Source of the DNA: an uncultured Acidobacteriota bacterium
GTDB taxonomy: Bacteria > Acidobacteriota > Terriglobia > UBA7540
DNA: 64,000 nucleotides
Direction: 5' to 3'
Assembly (NCBI GenBank): GCA_963804995.1
Contig: CAWDSK010000005.1
Span: 320,001-384,000, forward strand
Shown here: piece after piece, positions 1 to 8,264 of the stretch
How the letters are laid out: the number at the start of each line of letters is the position of its first letter
How positions within the stretch are numbered: position 1 is the first letter of the stretch
Notes under the pieces: generated by a model
What the model was told of the DNA's origin: nothing
Database searches by the model: none
Seen by the model: only the letters and a program-made list of their open reading frames with translations
Program-made: the position numbers and the translations under genes

Positions 1-46
1 GAAAGCTGATAGCTGAAAGCTGGGAGCTTGGAGCTGCGAGTTAAAA

Positions 47-877
47 ATGGAACAAGGTAATAACAGCGTACTCAATCTACTTCTGGGGCTAAGTGCTGAT
101 CCCCAACGCGCGAACTCAGCGCTCAATCTCTTTGCAGCCGCCACAGCCGGTTTGGAAAAAAGCACCAAGGCAACGAGTGAGCACACGGTGGAACTCGTGA
201 AGGCCAACAAGGCCGAGCAAGACGCCATCGCGGCCTTTTCCCACCTGCACCAGCAGAGCCAAATGGCGGTGGTGCCGATTCGGCAGATGCATGAAGCCTT
301 CCGAAGGCTCGCGCCGGAAATTACTAATTCCACGGACCAGACCGAGCAAAACACCAATGCCGTCCAGCGTGCGGCGCTTGCCCTGCGCACGCAGACCGCC
401 GCGGGCGCAGAACTGGCCAGCAGTGGGCTGGCGGGATTAATCGCTGGCCGCAAGGCCCAGGCGGGCATGGAAGCCGTCTGGGAAACTGCACGGGGCATCG
501 CTCTGCTCGCGGAGGGAACCTGGCCGCCCAACCCTGCCGCCATCATGGCCGCGGGCCTGCACTTTGAAGCCGCAGCGCAATACGCGCTCCTGGCCGGAAC
601 CGGCAGCCACCGTCACAGCGTGGCGTCGGGGGGAGGCGGGGGGGGGTACGAGCACGGGCCTGCCTACGCCGGCGGCACATCCCCTTACGGGTCACCCGCA
701 CAAACCTTGGCCCAGGGCGCGGCCGTGCATTCACCGGCCGCCGGCAGCGGAGTGGTCATCATCCGCGGCACGCAGGCTTTCGAGGATTTCGTGGCGGGCG
801 CGGTTAATGGAGCCGTCTCGCGGGGTGTCACGGTGACCGCAACGACGTTGCAGAGAGGCAGCCCGGTAGGACATTGA
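47..877 (+). CDS. Short tape-measure-like / minor tail protein
   Basis: 276-aa Ala-rich helical ORF with a Gly-rich C-terminal part. An in-frame stop at 14-16 shows it is not a truncated longer ORF. It precedes Dit-like and tail-tip genes. Confidence 0.55.
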   Translation: MEQGNNSVLNLLLGLSADPQRANSALNLFAAATAGLEKSTKATSEHTVELVKANKAEQDAIAAFSHLHQQSQMAVVPIRQMHEAFRRLAPEITNSTDQTEQNTNAVQRAALALRTQTAAGAELASSGLAGLIAGRKAQAGMEAVWETARGIALLAEGTWPPNPAAIMAAGLHFEAAAQYALLAGTGSHRHSVASGGGGGGYEHGPAYAGGTSPYGSPAQTLAQGAAVHSPAAGSGVVIIRGTQAFEDFVAGAVNGAVSRGVTVTATTLQRGSPVGH

Positions 878-962
878 ATTGACGATTGAATGATTGACAT
901 TGGGGCGATTGAAACCGGCCACCGTTAATCTTCAATCGAGAATTGTCAATCGGCAATCAACA

Positions 963-1346
963 ATGGCTAACCCAGCAATCGTCTATCCCGTCTCCGGTGG
1001 TACAGCGACGCTCAATTTTCTGCGCCCGCCACGCCACGTACCGGCTTACTCACAAGCGGCCCTCCGTCACGACAATGTCGCCTCGAGCGGCGTGCGCGAA
1101 TCGATATTGGAACGCATCGACAATTATCTCGACCTCGATCTGGAGTGGGTCGGCCTGGGCGCCGACGCGCAGGCGTGGGCGCAGTTCATGGCCTATGCAC
1201 TTCAAGGCGGAGCCTTTGCCTATTATCCAGATAGTTCACAACTGGCCTTCACGAATTACTGGCTGGAAGACACCAACTGGACGGCGGCCTATAAGGCGCC
1301 GGGACAGTATACGTTTCACCTGAAGTTTCGACAGGTAATCACATGA
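963..1346 (+). CDS. Distal tail (Dit)-like phage protein
   Basis: MANPAIVYP... ~127 aa, beta-rich (FAYYPD, YTFHLKFRQV). Position directly after the TMP-like gene. Confidence 0.5.
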   Translation: MANPAIVYPVSGGTATLNFLRPPRHVPAYSQAALRHDNVASSGVRESILERIDNYLDLDLEWVGLGADAQAWAQFMAYALQGGAFAYYPDSSQLAFTNYWLEDTNWTAAYKAPGQYTFHLKFRQVIT

Positions 1347-1438
1347 ATCGGGTCACCGGGCCATCGGATCATCGGGTCATTGAACGCCAAACCCCGGGAC
1401 GATCCGATGAGCCGATGAACCGATGAACGGATAAACCG

Positions 1439-1621
1439 ATGATCTCAGGAAACCAGACCTGGCAACAGGGTTTGAATTCGCTGCAAAAGCAAGCGCTCTA
1501 CGTGCTGCAGATCCCGCAGTTCGGGATCGTCCTCGCCAGCTTCACACAAGCGCAAATCCAATCGCTCACCCAGTCCGGCTGGGGTGTGGGGCGCTGGGGG
1601 ATCAACGGCTGGGGAACATAG
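1439..1621 (+). CDS. Small phage-tail-associated protein, possibly the detached N-terminus of the hub protein
   Basis: 60-aa ORF ending in GWGVGRWGINGWG, co-oriented inside the tail operon. Confidence 0.5.
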   Translation: MISGNQTWQQGLNSLQKQALYVLQIPQFGIVLASFTQAQIQSLTQSGWGVGRWGINGWGT

Positions 1622-1767
1622 CGGATCAGGTGATCGCGTGATCCGATGGTCGGGTGAAAAAGGCTTGGGATGATCGGGTTTTCCGCTGCTCACCCGATCT
1701 CCCGATCACCTGATTCGAGAAGAACAGTTTCAGCCATCAAGTCTGTTGGAAGGAAGTTAAACGGGAA

Positions 1768-4700
1768 ATGCCAACCGTCTCCTCATATTGGCCGGGAAAT
1801 TACTGGCAAGCAATGAATCAGTCACTTGCCTGGCTCTATGGCCGTCAGTCAGGCCCCGCCGGTGACTGGCTGGCCAACGCCCTGTTCACGGCGGGCGCGA
1901 CCAGCACGCTAGAGACGCAGCAGCCTGCCTCCGGGCTCGTCGAATGCGGCCTCACCTCGTTGGTCAATTTCCTCACCGGTTTGACGGCGAGTGGCGCGCA
2001 AGAGGCCCCCCTAGCGATGACGCAGATCGAATCCATTGTCGCCACCCTCCCCCCAGGTCTCTTGCCCGACAACCAGCTTGGCCCGGACGGCTACCCGGTC
2101 AATGAATCCGGGGTAGCACTCGCGTGGGGCAATCTGCTAGTGAACGGTTACACGGTCAGTTCCGCAATGCAGCAGTCGATCAACACGCTACTCTATAGTG
2201 CCAATGCCACTCAGATCACTCCCGGCCCGCCCCAAACACCTGGGGTCATCGCCAAGTGGACGGCCAACAGCTACTATCCGTTCGGCACGCTCATTGTCGA
2301 CAGCAACGATAATACCCAGATCGCTCTTTACAACGGTGTGACAGTCAACACTAGCGCCGCACCCAATTGGCCGATGCAGCCCGGCGCTCTTACGGCTGAC
2401 AACACACAGGTCTGGAAGCTCATCGCGCTTGGGTACCAGAACATCGGCTGGGTGGCGACAGGCTATGTTTTCAATCTCCTTCAAGCTCTCGGTTCCTACC
2501 GCGTTGACGTATTCGTATATGGCGACGTGTGGTATTACCAAGGGAGCTCCAGCCTCCAAACCACCGCCCCGGGCGGTAATGCCATTCCCAACGCCGGTAC
2601 TTGGAGCCTGGGGAGCGTCCATCCGGGGCAACTGCTGGCGGTGCTCTATCCCACTAGTGTTTCACGGCCTGCCACGGGCTGGTATGGCTCGACAATTCCT
2701 GGCGGCTGGGTGGCACATACGAACACGGGAGTTGCGGAGACGCCCGGCCCCAACCAACTGGGAGGCAAGCTCCTCGGCTACAAGGCACAAATTTACGTTA
2801 AGACTGATATCGAATACCTGCAGGAAGACAATATCCCCATCGTCGTACAAAGTGACGGCTTTCACGCCCGCGTCGGGTTGAGTGTGGTTCCTTCCAGCGG
2901 TACGCCTGCGGTCCACATTCTTTTTGACGACCCCGTGGCCGGCTGGACCGAGGTATACGATTCCCTCCAGTCCGAACTCGTCTACCAGGACTTGCCGCGC
3001 TCTTACGACATACCGACCAGTGATCCTCTCTTTGTCGCCAATCCAGGCGCGACGAATCTCCCCGCCCTCCAGAATCGCAGCTACATCTATGATTGCGCCC
3101 TGGCCCTGATTGCTTACAGCTCGGCGGGGAATTTTGCGGCGGCAGAAAAAGTCATCAAGCAGTTGAACGCTTTTCTTGCCACGTCAGGATATCTGGCCTC
3201 GATGGTGCTTGAGAACGCCGAAGACGGATCGACAGCGCGGTGGTCGAAGAGTGGCAGCGGAGCGACGGTCACGAACGTCGCGGCCAGCGCCGTGTCGCCG
3301 CAGGAGCCGCCCTACGGCACGGGAAATATTTTGGATTTTCATGCCGGCTCGGCCAATGCCATTTTTACCTTTACCGGTAGCGGCTTCCCTGACACGACGG
3401 ACACTCACCTCAGTTTTGAGCACATGGAAGCCGCCGCGGTGGGTCTCCTTTTCGACATCAGCATTGCGACGGCACTGGGCCTCGTGACCGACATTCAAGT
3501 CACGAGCGCCCCAGCGGGTCCGGCCACTCTCGCGGGCAGAGTGATCACCATACCCATCGGTCCGGGGTCCAGTACCTGGCGCACCACGTTGGTTGATCTT
3601 CCGGCGCTCCTTTCTTCGCTCACGTCCGACACGCTCGTGAAGGTCACCGGCTTCAAGCTCACCCTCACCGCGGCGAATACCGATCTTTACTTTGATAACT
3701 TCAGTGTAGGAACCCCACAGCCCGCCAACTCCCTGAGCTTCAGTTACGACACTTACAACGGCCAGGTGGATCAGCCTTACATCCGCGCGGGGGCGATGGC
3801 CTGGGTGGTTTACGCCTACTGCATCTACATGCAGACCAGCCAGGACTACAGCTCCTGGCTGCAGTTGCAGGGCATGATCGACTTCCTGCTGAGCCTGCAA
3901 TCGAGCGCCAGCGACCTTACGAATGGCCTCTTCTACGAGGGCTATGGCGAGTACGTCGACCCAGGCTACCAGTTTGTCCCCGGGCTGACCGAGACAGTTG
4001 CGACCGAGCACCAGGTGGACTTGTGGTTTGCTTTTATGCGCGCCGCCGGCGTGCTGAGCAACGCCGCAGTGCAACTTCTGAAGACCGGCCAAATCACCAA
4101 TACGCAAGCCACGTCGATCACTTCAACTGTGGCCACTATCGAGACGGCTGCCAGCACGATCTGGACGAACTTGCTCGCGAACCTTTACATCGCACCCTCC
4201 GGCTCTGTGCCCGGCCACTTCGCCCAGGGCGCGAGCGCCCCTGTTCCCTGGACCCTGCGCCGAGCGGCCGGGTTGACGGCCTGGTACGAGGCGGACGCCA
4301 TTGCGGGGCTGACGGATGGACAACCGCTCACTCTGTGGGCAGACCAAAGTGGCAACGGCAACAGCCTCACAGCATCGGGAAGCCTCGCGCCGACCTATCA
4401 AACTGACGCCTTGAATGGTCTCCCTGTAGTGAGCTTCAACGGCTCAAACTCCATGCAATCGGCCGTCTTGGCGTTAAATCAGCCCACCACGGTTTTCATC
4501 GTCGGCAACTCGGCTGTCGACTCCATTCTCATAGACGGGCTCTCGCAGCCGTTTAGCATGAGCATGTTCGGAAACGGTGGGCTTACGAACCTTGCGCTTT
4601 CTGCGGGAGCAGGTGTGACCCTCCAGCAGAATGTCGCCAGCCTCAGCAATTATGCGGTGATGGGAGGGATTTTCAACGGCGCATCCAGCCTCAATAGTTA

Positions 4701-6939
4701 CAACGGTACGGTGGTGACAGGGAATGCGGGAGATAGAAACGCCTCAGGGTTGGTGGTCGGGTCCTCTCCAGGGCCCCTGTATGAGCTGACCGGCTCCATT
4801 GCTGAAGTGCTGGTTTTCAATTCCGTGCTCACCACCACAGAGCGTCAACAAGTTGAGGGTTACCTGGCCTGGAAGTGGGGCTTGCAGGCGAACCTGCCCT
4901 CCGGCCATCCCTACAAAAGCGCCGCGCCAGGCGGTTCCCGTGACACCAGCGAAGCCCTGGACGCTTCTGGCCACTGGGCGGCGCTGCTGGCCCACGCCAA
5001 CGGCCGCGATGACATTGCGCTTCAGTGCGCCGAGTTTGCCTACCAAAACTTCCTGCTGACTAACCAGACCATCGCCAAGTCGAACGCCGCGAACAGCTAC
5101 AACGAAACCTACCAGCTCGCGACGCCCTTTGCAGGTATGAAGCCCTACAACGATTCGCCCGGCGGCTATGCGGGTTCGCCCGCGTCCGTCTGGCAGGAAG
5201 GCACCTGGGGCATGATCCTGGTGCTCCTCGATCTCTACAACGTTCCGGGCCTCGCCAGCTTCTTCACAGGACTCGGGACCACGATTGACGCGGTCTTGAC
5301 GCAACTGATCCAAGGGCAAGCTACCATCCTGCCCGCCACGGGCAACGGCTCGTTGCTGGCCTATTCACTCGCCGCGCGCAGCCTACCCTATGAGTTCGAA
5401 GTGTGGCCGGCGCTTGCCCCCACAGCTTGGATGTGGCTGGTGGCCACGAATCCCAGTGTCTTACTTACTGTGGCCGGCCAGCCACAACTACTGCCTTATA
5501 TGTACATTCCCTCGGGAGCGGAACAATCCATCGATGACAAGAATGGCTCGAGCTCGGTGGGGCAGATGGAAATTCGCTGCATCGATCCGGGCGGATTGCT
5601 CCACACCCTGGCGGCGCAAGAAGAACTAATTGGCCAAATTGCTACTTTCAGCATGGGTTTTCCCGGCAATGCGCTGGGCGATTTCGTTCCGCTACATGTC
5701 CTGCAAATTTCCGAAATTGGGTTCGACGCTGATGGCCGCGTGATCATCAAGGCGAGCGATGTGAAACGTTTCGCGCAGGGTGCCTTTGTGTGGGCTAACG
5801 GGGGCCCCGAGGAATGGCTGCCGGGGCAGAAAAATACGTGGCAGCCCGGCGGCGCCCAGTGGCTGGCGAATGCGTTCCCGGTATCGAACGACAATCCCCG
5901 TTGGGTAAGTGGCAACCCGCTGGACATCTTCCTGGCCGCAATGCAAAACGAATTGGGCGTGGGCCAGGATCAGGCGCTGAGCGCGGTGGTGCAAGTGGGC
6001 GGTGCGGGCGAACTGGTGGCTGCGGTGAATCCATTTTGGGCCAAGTACCTGCCCGCTTCGACACTTTCGACGGAGGGCAATCAGTCCACGCTGATTAATC
6101 CGAATTTCTTTCTCGATGTTCCTAGCATTACGGCCCTGCGCGACAACATGTTCTCCGGCGACTGGTTTGAATTCAAAATCACCTCAACACAGCAAGCTCG
6201 CAGTTGGCTGGAAGATCAGATCCTGAAGCCGCTCGGCCTGGTCATGGTGGTGACAGCGAACGGCCAACTTACGCTCAAGCCCTTGAAGAATCCGGTCAAC
6301 CAAAGCCCGGTGTTTGCTTTCACGCAGCGCAACATCCAAGGAATCCCGCAGGTTTCACTTGCGCCGATTATTAATGCCCTGGCCTACCGGCTCAACGTGG
6401 ACGAGACCATGACCAATACCAGCGCGCGTACCTATAACACCACCGTTACCATGCTCCAGCAGGATAGCTATAACCTCTTCCGCTATCTTTACAACCAGCA
6501 GGTCGAGGCCACAGGCCTGCGCACCGCCCGCGGGGGCTTCTTGCGCGCCTTTCTGTTGGGTGACCAACTGTTCCGGCGCTACGGCTTCGCAACACCTGTT
6601 TATCAAATTGCGACGCACCTTGCGGCACTCCGGCCCGAGTTGAAGGACTGGGTTTCCCTTACGCATCCCTTGGTGCCCGATTACATCGGCGGCGGGCGCG
6701 GTGTGCTGAATGTACCGTGTGAAATTATTGGCCGGTCACCAGACTACGCGAACGGGCAGGTGCGGTTCACGCTCCTCAACATGCGGCGGGCTAACACCAC
6801 TACGCCTTATGAGATCGCGTCTGGATCAAGTGGGATGCCGCCTTACTCCCAAGCGACGGAAGAGCAGCAGCAGACTTTCTTCTTTATCTCACCCTCTTCG
6901 GGCGGGGTGGCAACACAGGAGTTGGGCACGATCTTTTGA
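1768..6939 (+). CDS. Giant mosaic tail-tip protein: (alpha/alpha)-barrel glycosidase-like domain with inserted CBM-like and LamG-like domains, plus a C-terminal tail hub-like region
   Basis: 1723 aa. Motifs YIYDCALAL, GAMAW, TEHQVD, ALDASGHW, VWQEGT. LamG-like block WYEADA...WADQSGNGN...GSIAEVLVF...VEGYLAWKWG at ~4240-4935. Hub-like C-terminus from ~5490. Confidence 0.6.
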   Translation: MPTVSSYWPGNYWQAMNQSLAWLYGRQSGPAGDWLANALFTAGATSTLETQQPASGLVECGLTSLVNFLTGLTASGAQEAPLAMTQIESIVATLPPGLLPDNQLGPDGYPVNESGVALAWGNLLVNGYTVSSAMQQSINTLLYSANATQITPGPPQTPGVIAKWTANSYYPFGTLIVDSNDNTQIALYNGVTVNTSAAPNWPMQPGALTADNTQVWKLIALGYQNIGWVATGYVFNLLQALGSYRVDVFVYGDVWYYQGSSSLQTTAPGGNAIPNAGTWSLGSVHPGQLLAVLYPTSVSRPATGWYGSTIPGGWVAHTNTGVAETPGPNQLGGKLLGYKAQIYVKTDIEYLQEDNIPIVVQSDGFHARVGLSVVPSSGTPAVHILFDDPVAGWTEVYDSLQSELVYQDLPRSYDIPTSDPLFVANPGATNLPALQNRSYIYDCALALIAYSSAGNFAAAEKVIKQLNAFLATSGYLASMVLENAEDGSTARWSKSGSGATVTNVAASAVSPQEPPYGTGNILDFHAGSANAIFTFTGSGFPDTTDTHLSFEHMEAAAVGLLFDISIATALGLVTDIQVTSAPAGPATLAGRVITIPIGPGSSTWRTTLVDLPALLSSLTSDTLVKVTGFKLTLTAANTDLYFDNFSVGTPQPANSLSFSYDTYNGQVDQPYIRAGAMAWVVYAYCIYMQTSQDYSSWLQLQGMIDFLLSLQSSASDLTNGLFYEGYGEYVDPGYQFVPGLTETVATEHQVDLWFAFMRAAGVLSNAAVQLLKTGQITNTQATSITSTVATIETAASTIWTNLLANLYIAPSGSVPGHFAQGASAPVPWTLRRAAGLTAWYEADAIAGLTDGQPLTLWADQSGNGNSLTASGSLAPTYQTDALNGLPVVSFNGSNSMQSAVLALNQPTTVFIVGNSAVDSILIDGLSQPFSMSMFGNGGLTNLALSAGAGVTLQQNVASLSNYAVMGGIFNGASSLNSYNGTVVTGNAGDRNASGLVVGSSPGPLYELTGSIAEVLVFNSVLTTTERQQVEGYLAWKWGLQANLPSGHPYKSAAPGGSRDTSEALDASGHWAALLAHANGRDDIALQCAEFAYQNFLLTNQTIAKSNAANSYNETYQLATPFAGMKPYNDSPGGYAGSPASVWQEGTWGMILVLLDLYNVPGLASFFTGLGTTIDAVLTQLIQGQATILPATGNGSLLAYSLAARSLPYEFEVWPALAPTAWMWLVATNPSVLLTVAGQPQLLPYMYIPSGAEQSIDDKNGSSSVGQMEIRCIDPGGLLHTLAAQEELIGQIATFSMGFPGNALGDFVPLHVLQISEIGFDADGRVIIKASDVKRFAQGAFVWANGGPEEWLPGQKNTWQPGGAQWLANAFPVSNDNPRWVSGNPLDIFLAAMQNELGVGQDQALSAVVQVGGAGELVAAVNPFWAKYLPASTLSTEGNQSTLINPNFFLDVPSITALRDNMFSGDWFEFKITSTQQARSWLEDQILKPLGLVMVVTANGQLTLKPLKNPVNQSPVFAFTQRNIQGIPQVSLAPIINALAYRLNVDETMTNTSARTYNTTVTMLQQDSYNLFRYLYNQQVEATGLRTARGGFLRAFLLGDQLFRRYGFATPVYQIATHLAALRPELKDWVSLTHPLVPDYIGGGRGVLNVPCEIIGRSPDYANGQVRFTLLNMRRANTTTPYEIASGSSGMPPYSQATEEQQQTFFFISPSSGGVATQELGTIF

Positions 6940-7011
6940 GAACAGTCGACAGTTGAAGGTTGAACGGGAGCAATCGTGGCCTTTTAACTTTCAACCTCCA
7001 ACGAGGCCCCC

Positions 7012-7509
7012 ATGTCCCAAATGTTGATGTCCGGAATTCCGGGTTTCTTTGATCTGGCTGACAGCACGATCGCTGGAGGCCAGCCGCTAACCGACTACGC
7101 GCTTGCCAAGATCAGCCACAACGCGAAATTTGGCGCCGTGCGCTGCGAGATCATCTCGATGGGCTTCTACGGACCCGGCGATACTGTGCAACCACCGGTT
7201 TCTCCGGTGGACGGCTATGATTACAGCTATCAGGAATGCCTTTTCATTCCCATTCATTTTTCCTCGCGCTCCCCAGCGGCAGGTTACGTGCCGGGGCAGG
7301 CCTCGCCGCCAGGACTCGCCAACAACGACCCGGGGCAGGGCAATCTCATCGTCTGTCCGTACCAACTTGATGTGAACGATGCGAATGGAAAGGTTTTGAT
7401 GCAGACCTACTGGTCGACGAGCGGGGCGGAAAACCAGGGAACCGTGAAAGTCATGGCCATTTGCCAGAGGCTAAGCGTGAATCTACCCGCGGGAGTGTCA
7501 GGTGATTAA
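7012..7509 (+). CDS. Hypothetical phage tail-associated protein
   Basis: 165-aa ORF with a GAGG RBS, co-oriented in the tail operon. Confidence 0.55.
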   Translation: MSQMLMSGIPGFFDLADSTIAGGQPLTDYALAKISHNAKFGAVRCEIISMGFYGPGDTVQPPVSPVDGYDYSYQECLFIPIHFSSRSPAAGYVPGQASPPGLANNDPGQGNLIVCPYQLDVNDANGKVLMQTYWSTSGAENQGTVKVMAICQRLSVNLPAGVSGD

Positions 7510-7607
7510 TTTCTCAGTTTACTCCGCTCGCGAGGAGCGGGGCTGGCTCATCGCTTCATTAATTGACTTCGGACTCCGGACCCGGACTCCGGACTCGGGG
7601 TGTCGCT

Positions 7608-8264
7608 ATGGCAATAACACGCACTGTGCTGCCTCGCAAAGGTCTTGTCCAGCCGCAGCACGGGATCACTCAATACGAGTCGGATATGGACGCGAACATG
7701 GCGGTGATCGATGCCAATGTCGCCTTCATGAGCGACCTGTCATCTGTCGTTGACACCTTGGTCGGTGACCTAGGATTGAACGGTCTGGTCACAGGCTTTC
7801 AGCTAACTACTTCCAACACGCTTAATCCCGGCCTGACCAACGGCGTCCTCTATGCGAACGGCTCGCGCTACGCGCCCTCTGAAGCTAGTGCAGGTTTGGC
7901 ACCTGCGAGCGCGACCTCCTATCTGTTCTACCAGGAGGAGAGCTGGCCCAACAGCTACTATTATCGACCGGTTCTAGCCTCCCTTAATCCCGGGGACGCC
8001 TTCATTGGTATCGTGGTTACAAACACTACCCAAGTCGTGAGTGTGACAACGGCGTCGAGCCTTTTCAGCCAAATCCCCGTGTCGGCCGCGGCCCCCGGCA
8101 ATTTCAGCGTGCCACACTTGCTGGGACGTACTCCCGTCGGAGCGCACATACGCATGACGAGCCCTGGTGCAATCTGGTGGCAGTCGCCAGTGGACACGGA
8201 CGGCGTAAACCTCTATCTGGTCGCTTCGGATGCCGGGGTGACCGCGAAGGTGCAGGTATGGTGA
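7608..8264 (+). CDS. Hypothetical phage tail/fibre-associated protein
   Basis: MAITRTVLPRKGL... Its beta-rich region (TSYLFYQ..FIGIVVTN..VSVT) resembles the N-terminal domain of the next gene (TNYVYLN..IAIVGTN..TSIT). Confidence 0.55.
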   Translation: MAITRTVLPRKGLVQPQHGITQYESDMDANMAVIDANVAFMSDLSSVVDTLVGDLGLNGLVTGFQLTTSNTLNPGLTNGVLYANGSRYAPSEASAGLAPASATSYLFYQEESWPNSYYYRPVLASLNPGDAFIGIVVTNTTQVVSVTTASSLFSQIPVSAAAPGNFSVPHLLGRTPVGAHIRMTSPGAIWWQSPVDTDGVNLYLVASDAGVTAKVQVW

